Program-made: the position numbers and the translations under genes
The notes under the pieces: model-generated
Seen by the model: only the letters and a program-made list of their open reading frames with translations
What the model was told of the DNA's origin: nothing
Databases searched by the model: none
Shown here: positions 34,781 through 48,507 of the stretch, piece after piece
How positions within the stretch are numbered: the stretch's first letter is position 1
Layout: every line of letters begins with the position of its first letter
NCBI RefSeq assembly: GCF_902652985.1
Contig: NC_047025.1
Span: 15,066,001 to 15,130,000 of the forward strand
Length of the DNA stretch: 64,000 nucleotides
From: Pecten maximus
Lineage: Eukaryota
Direction: 5' to 3'

Positions 34781-37502
34781 GGCACAGACTTGATTCCTTA
34801 TGACTCAAGAACTGGAACTGCATACATGGGTCATGGTTTTACCTAGGTGAGACAGTGTGTTATGTACTAAACGTAGGTCACTCTGACCTACATTTTGATC
34901 TTTGGCCTACATTAAAGAACAACAGGCCCATGGACTTTTACGGTCACCTGTTTTTAGTTAATATATTTCAGTTAATTAGACCTTTTTGGGTCTGCCCAGC
35001 AGCCCCTGATGATATGTCAGGGCCAGGATGTGGTCATAATGTTAACCAAGTTAGAAAGAATTCCAATAGCAATCAAAGAAATGATAGTCGAAAACTGGAT
35101 TTTCCCTCTATAATGTTGTGTATATGGTTGTATATTTTATTGTGTATTCGCCGGTTTGGCTGGCGAGTCAGCCTCGGCTCGTCGGCCAGACATCAGACAT
35201 CATCACGCCCTGTGATTTTCTGGCGGGAAGTTGAAAAGTGATATTGGACTTCTCCGAAGAAGAATTATATTCTGATGAAGTTTTCTGTGTTTTGATATTG
35301 ATACAACTAACATTTTGTTGTGAATATCTTCTTTGATTCGTTGTTTCAGAAACATGTTATATATGTTTCTGGTTATTTTATGACTTTTGTCAATTGTGCG
35401 TTGGTTGATGAGACGTAGGCCTATATCTCTGATTAAACGATGACGTCATCATCAGTTGAAAAAAGCCGGCACTTCTTACAGTTGTTTTCATTTCCAAAGG
35501 AAAGGAGCTCCTTCGTCGCCATGTTATATCTTCGTACTTCGTATATATTATTATCCAGTATCCTGTCCCTGACGTCGACACTCGTGTGCACATGTGTAAC
35601 CATCACACACATCAGCCAGTCGAACCACGTGGACGATGAACTAAACTTTACCAACGCAGGCGGGGGATAACGGAATGATCATTGTTTCATTTGTTTGACA
35701 GTTTAATTAAAAAATGTTCCAGTCTAACAACATGTTTTGAGATCCAGTTAATCAACTCCAGAACTTTGAATTTAGATATGAACTTATAACAGTACTAACA
35801 GTGACTTTTCTGCAAAATTTACCATTTTATAACAGCGGACAGTCATCACGTGAACTTGAAGAAACTGAACAATATCATATATATACACGAGTGCAATGTA
35901 TAACAAAAATATGAACCTTTTATCTAGCTCTTGATTTATCAATGTTGATTATTATTGCTCTTTTGCCATGTCTTGATTATATTGCACAACATCATTGTTT
36001 TCCAAATGCTAGTGAATGTTTTTTCGCAGATATATTATATCAGAAATATGCTATTAATTAAGAGCGAAATCTCTGCTGATATTGCTGTAGATAACATGTT
36101 ATATTTGGTTTACATTTTCAAGGATGAGCAAAACAAAACCAGATTCATACAGTTGGAGTGTATACACCCACTGATACAGTTGATGAATTGCTAGGTGTAG
36201 TATCATAATATTGTACACTGTGTAATGTTTTTGAACATTTGAGATTTTATGCTAGTAATACTTTGTGATATTGATATGCTGAGGTATTTTTCAGCACGTA
36301 TATAAAGCTACGATAATGCTGGTAAGGATAGATTAAAGGCTGGCAGGTTGTATTGTGTATTGCATATTATTTTTATTATGGCCAATTTCTCTATAACTTT
36401 AAATCACATGGTCTTATGACGCAACATGATACTGTAATATAAAAAGTAGGTTGAGTATTGCCAGAACGAACTATAAATACGCTTTATGTCATTTGAATAT
36501 GTATGCAAGTATTCTTGTTTTAAATATTGATGTTGATCTCTTTCATCTTTGCTATTTTGTCTGGATGGAGTATATGTGGTCCATTTTGAGCTCAATGGAA
36601 AATGTAAGTGTGAATGCTTGATATCAGGAATAGCATAATATGAGAAAGATTTTTTGTACTTGGTAGTATTATACAGTAAATTACATATTATAAAAGACAG
36701 TTTTCAGAAGAAAACACATATAAAGTACATCTATAGTAGTGTATACTTTTAAAATATTTGATTCAGTATCATAGTAAGCTGCTTACTTTCATCTTTTTAT
36801 TGTAATTTCTTACACCCATGGTAAAATTGTGTTATCCCAATTTTATTTTGTGTATATGGTTATATGGATGTGCTGAGATTACATAATATCTTGTAACAGT
36901 AAAGGTGTATGATCTAGGGGAGATAATTTGGAACTCGAACTGTAAGAATTCTTTCCCTTTCCTCTTTGTAAGATAACATGATTCTTCAGTATAGATAAAC
37001 GACTTGGAACGCAAAGACGTGTTTTTGTGTGTCTGTGATATTTGTCATCATGTAAGCAAGTTCCCAACCACAAACTCACATCAACAACAGAACAATAAAC
37101 CACGAAAAACTTTACCCCATTTACGGGCCAAACGCGAGCTCTCAGGGTCACAAAATTCACAATTTTAGAAAAGCACCTTAAGACCTTTACGTTTATGACA
37201 AGTATTTGATTCTAACTTATTAAGTCTTCAGAAGAAGTTTTTCGAATTTTCAATTAATACGACTCTTTTTGGTTCCGCCCATCAACCCCTGGGGTAAGCC
37301 AGGGCCAACAAATGCATACTATCAAACTTTCATCCCGTGCTGATAATGTTCAATAAGTTAAAATGAATTCCAGTATAAATGAAACTAAGGATACAAAAAT
37401 GGGATTTCACTGTAAGCTTACAAACTACAGTTAAGTATAGGGGCAAACGTGATACCTAGGGTCATGAAATTCATACACAAATAGATCTTCTTTCAATGAC
37501 GA

Positions 37503-37723
37503 GGGGCCGCGGTGGCAGAGTGGTAAAGGTGTCCCGACACTTTATCACTAGCCCTCCACCTCTGGGCTGCGAGTTCGAAACCTACGTGGGGCAGTTGCCA
37601 GGTACTGACCGTAGGCCGGTGGTTTTTCTCAGGGTACTCCGGCTTTCCTCCACATCCAAAACCTGGCACATCCTTAAATGACCCTAGATGTTAATAGGAC
37701 GTTAAACAAAAACAAACCAAACC
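37503..37723 (+). mobile_element. tRNA-derived SINE (V-domain-like core)
   Basis: Box A-like GGTGGCAGAGTGG, box B GAGTTCGAAAC, core GGTTTTTCTCAGGGTACTCCGGCTTTCCTCCAC, tail taataggacgttaaac...aaccaaacc. Confidence 0.85.
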
Positions 37724-38171
37724 TATGACAAGGATGTTTGAAATGTCAGTCAATTTGACCCTGCAGTCCCCCGGGAGATGGGGACCATATGATTCTTAAT
37801 ATTGTTTCACCTTTGGACAGGGAACATTTATGCAAAATTTCATTGAAGAGGGTTCAGGGGTTTCTGAGAAGTCGAAAATGTAATTGTTTACGGACAGACA
37901 AAAAAGGAGGTTAGAATATGTCACTTAAGATTTTGTCTCAGGTGACCAAAAAGTTAATCCTGCCTCTACATGTATCTCGTATACTGCTACTATCCAACGA
38001 ACGTCATACTTGGGTCATGTGTTCATCTAGGTGAAGTGGTATATCATGGATTTAAAGTAATCTGTGCATTATGACATATACTTTCACGTCCATTGGGGCA
38101 CTGTGATTCAATTAATGATCATATTCTTTAGTCGTTTTAGTCTGGATAGTCAGGATCCCCAACATTGAAAA

Positions 38172-38600
38172 TAAAGACCTCCGTCGCATAACGTCCAAAC
38201 AGAATTGGTCTGTCATATGATATCAGTTTCACCTCCGTCATTATAACCTCCGAACAGAATTGGTCTATCATAGGATATTAGTTTGACCTCCGTCACATAA
38301 AGTCAAAACAGAATTGGTCTGTCATAGGATATTAGTTTGACCTCCGTCACATAAAGTCAAAACAGAATGTGGTCTGTCATAGGATATATTAGTTTTACCT
38401 CCGTCATATAGTCTAACCTGCAAACAGAATTGGTCTGTTATATGATATTAGTTTGACCTCCGTCATCAAGTCAAAAACAGAATTTCATCTTTCATACGAT
38501 ATCAGTTTGACCTCGTCACATAAAGTCAAAACAGAATTGGTCCGTCATAGGATATTAGTTTGATCTCCGTCGCATAAAGTCAAAAGAGAATTGATCTGTT
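38172..38600. repeat. ~54-bp minisatellite, about 8 copies
   Basis: gacctccgtcacataaagtcaaaacagaattggtctgtcataggatattagttt units (38285, 38339...). Confidence 0.85.
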
Positions 38601-38765
38601 ATATATTTGTTTAAGGAGATTTTCTTTCCAATTTACGGTAAAACAATTGCAATCAGACAATATTAGTTTTGTTCATAATTTATTTATAAATCATGGTGTA
38701 CAGGTTCTTTCACATAACAATTAAATTACACACTATTTACAAAACGTCTATGTGTGTTCTGAATC

Positions 38766-41700
38766 TCATTCCTGTACGTAACCTGGAGGGTATTGTAAGA
38801 CCACCTGTGAGCTACAGTTGGGGACAGGACAACACTTTCCAGCTGGAGCAGGATCCAGGGTACAAAGTCCGGCAGGCAGGTTCCATTTATAGCATCTGAT
38901 AAAGGACAGAGTAGGAAATATTTTGTAAAAATAAACTGATATGACAAAAAGTACATATGGTGTTTCTTGTTTAATTCATAAAACAAATTTTAAAGATGCT
39001 AGATTTCCGACGAGTGATTATGATCAATTAGAAACAAGAATAGACCGTTAAATGTATATACATAATGTATTTCAATACCAAATGTTACATACAGAACATT
39101 CCGCCTTAACCGCCTCCCAAATATTTGAGCTTCAAATTTAATTTAAAGTGAATAAGATATATAGCTTTAAGAAATCTTATATTTTAGCTACTCATTCTCT
39201 ATGTTTTGTCTCACATGGGCTTCAAACGTAAATTGCTATTACCAAGAATGAAAGATAACATGATTATAAGTAATCGAGAGTGCTTGGTGTTGGATACATT
39301 TCTATATCATGGGTGTCAATTTATCCATTTTTATGAGCAGTTGTTGGGGATGTAGCAACTTTAGAAATAACAAACTATTCTCAACTTAATTTCTGGATAT
39401 GCTAGGTAAATACAGGTATCTTCAAAATTTTCACATGTACTATGACTTGCAGGTGTATATATTAATTGGTCCAAAGATATATTCTCACCTGTCTGTACAC
39501 CTGTATGTTCCTGTTGTAGCATCTTGACAGGTACACTTGTAGTCACAGCCGTCATTCCATTGTTCACCCTGTCCGTGCATTTGTCCCTTGTAGTAACAGA
39601 AACCTGCCAAACATTATATTCACATGTTAAGTAAAACTCAAGTACACATAAAACTACAAAGATACAATTAAAATATAAAAAAAATCATGTAATACCCTTA
39701 AAACTCAAAAATAAAATGTGGCTTATTTTATTTAACAGTACGCGAATACAGGCTTATTGATAGAAGAGCTTATCTTTGAGGCTGGCTTGTTTTTGAGTTG
39801 TTTGTGTAGATATAATAGTTCACTACAGCATTCCTCTATCATAATTTTAATCAATTCTTCTAAAGAAATATGTGTTTACAAAGGAAAATATTGAACCAGA
39901 TGCAGACTTTCCCACTTGCATAATAGTATGTTCAGGATAATGAAGTTATACTATGGCTGCTTTTACATAATCACTCGAAACGGTTGAAACTTTTAAACAA
40001 TGGAAAGGTGAATGAAGGGCTTTTTTACAGAGATTAATTAAGCAAAGCCATCCTTTCTACCAGAAAACAAGAGGCCCATGGGGCCTGCATCGCTCACCTG
40101 GTTGGATTAGGCGCAAATGTCAAAATAATGTTCATATTCAATTTGTTTTATTTGTTAATCTCTAACAATGCTATATATGGTTATAGTGTGGGAATCCAAA
40201 CTGCTTTAAAGATTAATGAAGTCCTGACTCTCTAAGGTCTGAAAGACCTCAAGAATTGCTTTTAGAACATGCATTCCTCACTTTATGACTAGTAGTGATT
40301 CAAAGGAATTACCTCTATTTCACCTATTGGGCCCCGCCCCTTTGGCCCCTCGGGGGTCAGAGTCACCATTTATGCAAAATCTGTTCTTCTTCCCCCAAGG
40401 ATGTTTCTAATTAAATTGGGTTCAAATCCATTCATAACTTTATGATAAGTAGCGATTTAAAATAATTACCCCTATTTCCCCTATTGGGCCCCGCCCCTTT
40501 CGGGTCAGAGTCACCATTTATGCAATATCTCTTCCCCTTCCCCCAAGGATGTTTCTGACCAAATTGGGTTCAAATCCATTCATAACTTAATAACTAGTAG
40601 CGATTTAAAGGAATTACCTCTATTTCCCCTATTGGGCCCCGCCCTTTTGGCCCCTTTGGGGTCAGAGTCACCATTTATGCAAAATCTGTTCTTCTTCCCC
40701 CAAGGATGTTTCTGACCAAATTGGGTTCAAATCCATTCATAACTTTATGACTAGTAGCGATTCAAAGGAATTACCTCTATTTCACCTATTGGGCCCCGCC
40801 CTTTTGGCCCCTCGGGGGTCAGAGTCACCATTTATGCACAATCTGTTCCCCTTCCACCAAGGATGTTTCTGACCAAATTGGGTTCAAATCCATTCATAAT
40901 TTTATGACAAGTAGCGATTTAAAGGAATTACCTCTATTTCCCCTATTGGGCCCCGCCCCTTTGGCCCCTCTGGGGTCAGAGCTACCATTTATGCAAAATC
41001 TGTTCCCCTTCCCCAAAGGATGCTTCTGACCAACTTGGGTTCAAATCCATTCAAATCTTTATGACTAGTAGCGATTTAAAGGAATTACCTCTATTTCCCC
41101 TATTGGGCCCCGCCCCTTTGGCCCCTTTGCAGTCAGAGTCACCATTTATGCAAAATCTGTTCTTCTTCCCCGAAGGATGTTTCTGACCAAATTGGGTTCA
41201 AATCCATTCATAACTTTATGACTAGTAGTGATTCAAAGGAATTACCTCTATTTCCCCTATTGGGCCCCGCATCTTTGGCCCCTCGGGGGTCAGAGTCACC
41301 ATTTATGCAAAATCTGTTTCCCTTCCCCCAAGGATGTTTCTGACCAAATTGGGTTCAAATCCATTCATAACTTTAGGACAAGTAGCGATTTAAAGGAATT
41401 ACCTCTATTTCCCCTATTGGGCCCCGTCCCTTTGGCCCCTCGGGGGTCAGAGTCACCATTTATGCAAAATCTGTTCCCCTTCTCCCAAGGATGTTTCTGA
41501 CCAAATTGGGTTCAAATCCCTTCATAACTTAACAACTAGTAGCGATTTAAAGGAATTACCTCTATTTCCCCTAATGGGCCCCGCCCTTTTGGCCCCTCTG
41601 GGGTCAGAGTCACCATTTATGCAAAATCTGTTCCCCTTCTGCCAAGGATGTTTCTGACCAAATTGGGTTCAAATCCATTCATAACTTAATAACTAGTAGC

Positions 41701-44700
41701 GATTTAAAGGAATTACCTCTATTTCCCCTATTGGGCCCCGCCCCTTTGGCCCCTTTGGGGTCAGAGTCACCATTTATGCAAAATCTGTTCTTCTTCCCCC
41801 AAGGATGTTTCTGACCAAATTGGGTTCAAATCCATTCATAACTTTATGACTAGTAGCGATTCAAAGGAATTACCTCTATTTCACCTATTGGGCCCCGCCC
41901 TTTTGGCCCCTCGGGGGTCAGAGTCACCATTTATGCACAATCTGTTCCCCTTCCACCAAGGATATTTCTGACCAAATTGGGTTCAAATCCCTTCATAATT
42001 TTATGACAAGTAGCGATTTAAAGGAATTACCTCTATTTCCCCTATTGGGCCCCGCCCCTTTGGCCCCTCTGGGGTCAGAGCTACCATTTATGCAAAATCT
42101 GTTCCCCTTCCCCAAAGGATGCTTCTGACCAACTTGGGTTCAAATCCATTCAAATCTTTATGACTAGTAGCGATTTAAAGGAATTACCTCTATTTCCCCT
42201 ATTGGGCCCCGCCCCTTTGGCCCCTTTGCGGTCAGAGTCACCATTTATGCAAAATCTGTTCTTCTTCCCCCAAGGATGTTTCTGACCAAATTGGGTTCAA
42301 ATCCATTCATAACTTTATGACTAGTAGTGATTCAAAGGAATTACCTCTATTTCCCCTATTGGGCCCCGCCCCTTTGGCCCCTCGGGGGTCAGAGTCACCA
42401 TTTACGCAAAATCTGTTCTTCTTCCCCAAAGGATGTTTCTAATTAAATTGGGTTCAAATCCATTCATAACTTTATGACAAGTAGCGATTTAAAGGAATTA
42501 CCTCTATTTCCCCTATTGGGCCCCGCCCCTTTGGCCCCTCGGGGGTCAGAGTCACCATTTATGCAAAATCTGTTCCCCTTCTCCCAAGGATGTTTCTGAC
42601 CAAATTGGGTTCAAATCCCTTCATAACTTAACAACTAGTAGCGATTTAAAGGAATTACCTCTATTTCCCCTAATGGGCCCCGCCCTTTTGGCCCCTCTGG
42701 GGTCAGAGTCACCATTTATGCAAAATCTGTTCCCCTTCTGCCAAGGATGTTTCTGACCAAATTGGGTTCAAATCCATTCATAACTTTATGACTAGTAGCG
42801 ATTCAAAGGAATTACCTCTATTTCACCTATTGGGCCCCGCCCTTTTGGCCCCTCGGGGGTCAGAGTCACCATTTATGCACAATCTGTTCCCCTTCCACCA
42901 AGGATATTTCTGACCAAATTGGGTTCAAATCCATTCATAATTTTATGACAAGTAGCGATTTAAAGGAATTACCTCTATTTCCCCTATTGGGCCCCGCCCC
43001 TTTGGCCCCTCTGGGGTCAGAGCTACCATTTATGCAAAATCTGTTCCCCTTCCCCAAAGGATGCTTCTGACCAACTTGGGTTCAAATCCATTCAAATCTT
43101 TATGACTAGTAGCGATTTAAAGGAATTACCTCTATTTCCCCTATTGGGCCCCGCCCCTTTGGCCCCTTTGCGGTCAGAGTCACCATTTATGCAAAATCTG
43201 TTCTTCTTCCCCCAAGGATGTTTCTGACCAAATTGGGTTCAAATCCATTCATAACTTTATGACTAGTAGTGATTCAAAGGAATTACCTCTATTTCCCCTA
43301 TTGGGCCCCGCCCCTTTGGCCCCTCGGGGGTCAGAGTCACCATTTATGCAAAATCTGTTCCCCTTCCCCCAAGGATGTTTCTGACCAAATTGGGTTCAAA
43401 TCCATTCATAACTTTATGACAAGTAGCGATTTAAAGGAATTACCTCTATTTCCCCTATTGGGCCCCGCCCCTTTGGCCCCTCGGGGGTCAGAGTCACCAT
43501 TTATGCAAAATCTGTTCCCCTTCTCCCAAGGATGTTTCTGACCAAATTGGGTTCAAATCCCTTCATAACTTAACAACTAGTAGCGATTTAAAGGAATTAC
43601 CTCTATTTCCCCTAATGGGCCCCGCCCTTTTGGCCCCTCTGGGGTCAGAGTCACCATTTATGCAAAATCTGTTCCCCTTCTGCCAAGGATGTTTCTGACC
43701 AAATTGGGTTCAAATCCATTCATAACTTTATGCCTAGTAGCGCTTTAAAGGAATTACCTCTATTTCCCCTATTGGGCCCCGTCCCTTTGGCCCCTCCGGG
43801 GTCAGAGCTACCATTTATGCAAAATCTGTTCCCCTTCCCCCAAGGATGTTTCTGACCAAATTGGGTTCAAATCCATTCATAACTTTATGACTAGTAGCGA
43901 TTTAAAGGAATTACCTCTATTTCCCCTATTGGGCCCCGCCCCTTTGGCCCTTCGGGGGTCAGAGTCACCATTTATGCAAAATCTGTTCCCCTTCTGCCAA
44001 GGATGTTTCTGGCCGAATTTGGTCAAAATCCAATAAGAACTTTTTGACTAGTAGCGATTTGAAGCAAATGTTGACGGACGACGGACGGACGGACGACGGA
44101 CGGACGGACGGACGACGGACGGACGACGGACGCTGCGCCATGACATAAGCTCACCGGACCTTCGGTCCAGGTGAGCTAAAAATGGTGAGAATCATTTAAT
44201 GTGTATATGGTACACCCGCTTCTCTTTCTGCTGACACCCAAGACAAAGTTAGACAATTTGATAGAGTACGTACCTGAACCCTGACCAGAGCCTGGAAGAG
44301 TGTAGTTACCACAGTCGGGTAGGGCACAACATTCTCCTGGCTTCTTCACCAAAGTACAGCCTTGTGGTAAGTTAGTGAAAGTTGCACACCTACATATACA
44401 AGGTATAGACGTTATAACTCCGATATAAATAAACTTTGATATCCTGCAAGATCTTAAGGTACCAACATTCTGACTGTACTTCCGATATGAAACTCTACCA
44501 TGGTAAATTCTATTTTTAAATCTATACTTTGGTCAAATTAAATTTCTTTTCAATATTTTGATAATGAATCACTCTGCTATCTATGTGGCCTGATTGTTCT
44601 TAGCGTTCAGTATTTCAGGAGTGGACGACTGGTCTGCACTTTTTTAGTATGATAAGACCAGGTGGGGTTGTCCTGCTTGAGTGTCTTCGGCAGTATGCTT

Positions 44701-45561
44701 CAGGGAGGTAGCACTATGAACTTGGCATCGGTTTAGCGTTATCACAAGGAGGCAAACATGAACATACTGTAGCCTACCAAATGGACAAACATTCACAAAA
44801 CTCATGAATCTCACATACAGGGGAGGCCGTCCTTAGATGATATAAGTTATTAACAGGACGTGAAACAATACTAAACCAAATCAAACCCATTACTACTCTT
44901 AATTGTTGGGCCTGATGGGATTCCTACAGAATAAAGACAGTACTGTAAAACATACATGTTTTAGAGAGTTTCGTGCTTGAAACATTCTGCTATATCATAT
45001 TTATATATATATATTACTAAAACGAGTTTTTGTACATAGCTTTCTTTGCCAAGCAATGCAGCAGCTACAATTCACCATTGATGATCTGTTTTAATTCAGT
45101 GGTATATAACATTTGAGTACGATAATTCAGTGGTATACTAAAATTTGAGTACGCTAATTAAGTGGGACATTATAATTTGAGTACCCTAATTCGGTGGTAG
45201 ATTGAAACTTGAGTACGCTAATTTAGTGGTACATTAACATTTGAGTATGCTTATTCAGTGGTACACTAAAATTTGAGTACGCTAATTCTGTGGTACACTA
45301 AAATTGATCATGCTAAAATAAATATGTTAACAGTAAGTAAAATAGCAAGCAACTTAATATTTCTATACTATACAGTAAACAGATTATTCATGATACACCA
45401 TAACCACCATACGGATATTTAATACAATGACTGGAGTACTTACAAATTGACACAGTTGTATCGTCCAGTAGTCTCGTCGACACAAGTACAGTTGTATTCA
45501 CATCCATCCGTCCAGTGATCTCCTTGACTGTAGATTTTCCCTTTGTAGATACAGGCCCTGC
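38766..45561 (-). CDS. 3' part of a vWC-like cysteine-rich repeat protein gene (4 exons; 5' end lost at or beyond the gap)
   Basis: Exons 45561-45444 (ACIYKGKIYSQGDHWTDGCEYNCTCVDETTGRYNCVN), 44389-44274 (CATFTNLPQGCTLVKKPGECCALPDC..), 39603-39489 (FCYYKGQMHGQGEQWNDGCDYKCTCQDATTGTYRCTD), 38895-38766 (CYKWNLPAGLCTLDPAPAGKCCPVPNC...GYVQE*); GT-AG, phases consistent; AATAAA ~38681-38686 on minus. Confidence 0.88.
40066..44180 (+). mobile_element. Non-autonomous Helentron-type (HINE/pearl-like) element with a central 157-bp tandem array (~24 units)
   Basis: 5' AACAAGAGGCCC...GCTCACCTG, inverted CAGGTGAGC at 44168-44176, GACG-type microsatellite 44073-44132, terminal hairpin AGCTCACCGGACC-TTCG-GTCCAGGTGAGCT followed by an A-run; unit starts 40607, 40764, 40921, 41078. 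Confidence 0.88.
44590..44888 (+). mobile_element. 5'-truncated SINE, same family as 54607-54995
   Basis: cttagcgttcag..ggacgactgg..cagtatgcttcag..gggaggccgtcctt..aaccaaa tail. Confidence 0.7.
45094..45305. repeat. ~32-bp minisatellite (aattcagtggtacactaaaatttgagtacgct)
   Basis: About 7 degenerate units. Confidence 0.75.
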
Positions 45562-45793
45562 CTGTGTATAAAGTAAGTCCAAAATGTTCTTTACATATTT
45601 GATCAATTGAATGAATATGGAAACTAGTAGATCAAAATTAGCCCAGCAGATCAAATTGACAAACATTTTATGGCACAATTTAAATTCCAGTCAACATAAT
45701 AGCCTTTATTATTATTTTCTGTTATTCTAGTAATTACCAAAAGCGACAAGTTAATTTTCTGATTGTAACCTGTGTATCTATTGTTCTACAGTT

Positions 45794-46293
45794 NNNNNNN
45801 NNNNNNNNNNNNNNNNNNNNNNNNNNNNNNNNNNNNNNNNNNNNNNNNNNNNNNNNNNNNNNNNNNNNNNNNNNNNNNNNNNNNNNNNNNNNNNNNNNNN
45901 NNNNNNNNNNNNNNNNNNNNNNNNNNNNNNNNNNNNNNNNNNNNNNNNNNNNNNNNNNNNNNNNNNNNNNNNNNNNNNNNNNNNNNNNNNNNNNNNNNNN
46001 NNNNNNNNNNNNNNNNNNNNNNNNNNNNNNNNNNNNNNNNNNNNNNNNNNNNNNNNNNNNNNNNNNNNNNNNNNNNNNNNNNNNNNNNNNNNNNNNNNNN
46101 NNNNNNNNNNNNNNNNNNNNNNNNNNNNNNNNNNNNNNNNNNNNNNNNNNNNNNNNNNNNNNNNNNNNNNNNNNNNNNNNNNNNNNNNNNNNNNNNNNNN
46201 NNNNNNNNNNNNNNNNNNNNNNNNNNNNNNNNNNNNNNNNNNNNNNNNNNNNNNNNNNNNNNNNNNNNNNNNNNNNNNNNNNNNNNNNNNNNN
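45794..46293. other. Assembly gap (500 N)
   Basis: Run of Ns of round length, typical of a scaffolding placeholder. Confidence 0.98.
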
Positions 46294-48507
46294 CAGTAGT
46301 AAATTCATAGAATATTTTTCTCTTTAGATATGATTTGTATAAGTTATTTCGAATAGTATCGTTTTTATTTTCATTTAAATTTTCAGTACCATTTTCGAAA
46401 AGCAAAACAGGTGTCTTAAACGTTATCAATTATCCGGTCATCCTGATTCCATAATTATGTAAATCGAAGTCAAGTGATATCTTCGTCTTTTTCTGCGGTG
46501 ATATTATTATGTGTCATTGACATCTTCATTTCAGGTGCGGATCCAAGACGTTAGACCTTTTCCACAGAAATATATCTATGTTAAATCAAAGTTTGAACAA
46601 GTGCCAAATATCCGGCTGTCCCTTTTTTTATACACTTTTTTTTCACAATTGTTCGTCGTTGTAAAAAAAAATGAATGCATGGTGTTCTCATGGTCACTGG
46701 ATACTAATAAAACTCTTGGATCCGCTCCTTAATTCTGACAGATTAAAGTCCATTTAAGATAACATATGCTTGATCTGAATGAAGCATGATTATATATACA
46801 TTATAAATATATATCCATATCCGTGTAGAATATTTTTGTATTTTTGTATTTTGATGAAAAGGAATAATAATTTTTTTTAAATCCTCATTCAGCTGTGTTT
46901 TTGTTTTCTTTTTATTTGGGGCTGTACATCGTGTAATTAAACACATGTCAAAGTTACGTTCAAAAGAATTTAAAAAGCGTAGGGCTTTGAGACTAATGAT
47001 ATTCTATAGGTGAACGTTGCTTTTAAAGTCTTAGACATACGCTCTATTTCGACCATATATTGGTATTATTTAGGTTAGTTTCCTCAAGGAAATTAGTTTC
47101 AATCAGTAAATAATACTTATTGTGAATCTTAAGCACGTAAATTAGCATGCATGTTAATATACTCTTTATGACTTATCAAAATAACTAACATGATGTTCTT
47201 TTGACAAAACATAGTTAACAACATGATGTTCCATGTAAAAAAAAAGTAAAAGAAACATACTCTCATATGTAACAACGCGATATCCTTTGTAAACACAAAG
47301 GGAAAATAAGATGTCATATTAAAAAAAGTAAGAAAAAACCATGATGTCCCATATAAATACATGATGTGTGCAAACATATGATGTTGTATACAGAAATAGG
47401 ATGTCCTATCTCTAAAACATGGTGTTATATGCAAAACGCGATGCCCTATCTAAAATCAAAGTAAGCAATATGATATCCTATATAAAACGTGACGTCGTAT
47501 GTACAAACATGATGTCCCATGTAAAAAAAATGTGTTGTAGTTAAAACATTGCTTGTATTAAAGCATCAATAAATAAATCAGATTGGCCTTACAGTAACCA
47601 TTTTTAACATTTTAAAAACTTAAACAAGCGTTATCTGTATACTACAACATTTGCGTAAACTTAAAGCTAATGATATCAATTGTAATATATCAAATATATA
47701 ATGATAGAATTATAGTAAGTGGGACTTTGGACATAATGTTGACTAGTGTATCAATTATGATATACCCATGGTATAATGATAGTAATGGGACTGTAGGGCA
47801 TACAACTGTAGGACATAATGTTGACTAGTTATCAATTATGATATACTCATGGCATAATGATAGTAAGGGGACTATAAGACGGAATGGTGATCAGTTTATC
47901 AATTATAATACATTTTTTTTGTATATTCAATGAAGCATTGATGTCAATTCTTTTTAGTTTCATCGGGGTATGAAATACAATTTCTTTGTAAACTGTACGA
48001 ATCCGCGTAGCGGATTCCTACAGAAGTTTGCAAACAATTTTTTTTTCATACCCCTGTGAAACTGAAAAAATAATTGGCATCAACGCTTATAATTGATTTT
48101 TGAAAATAATTTCTAATTTCAAAACATGTTCTTTGTACAATTTAACTGGCTTTATATGGGATTCTTTTTCTCAAATCAATACGCAACGTCAATTGTCGTA
48201 TTATGACGTCACAGTTTTCGCGCCATTCTCGGAATTGTTTTCATAGTGGTATGAAGAAAAAATCTCAACCAATCAGAAGGCAGCATTCTGCGTACAAACA
48301 ATGGAAAATTAATTATTGTTTAATGATAGTAAGGGGACTGCAGGACAGAACAGAATGCTGATAATTTTCAGAATATTTGTTAAAGAATGAAGTTATCGGC
48401 GCATAGGTATTACTGTACTATCAAATCTATTGCAAGCCAATTTTTTTTTTTTTTGAATTACTTTACTAGTCGCCTTGTAGATATCAACATCATCCCTGCC
48501 AACGTCT

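Larger units (their letters stand above)
26100..37012 (+). repeat. Segmental duplication unit B (upstream region, cGLR copy 3, cGLR relic), expanded by the nested LTR insertion
   Basis: Colinear with 14805-22682. Confidence 0.85.

Noticed and set aside
37503-37585. tRNA gene
   Set aside because: A/B boxes run into a SINE core and tail; no convincing cloverleaf.
41228-43541. Two similar 90-aa ORFs
   Set aside because: Chance frames inside the 157-bp satellite.
45734-46429. Poly-X ORFs
   Set aside because: Artefacts of the N gap.
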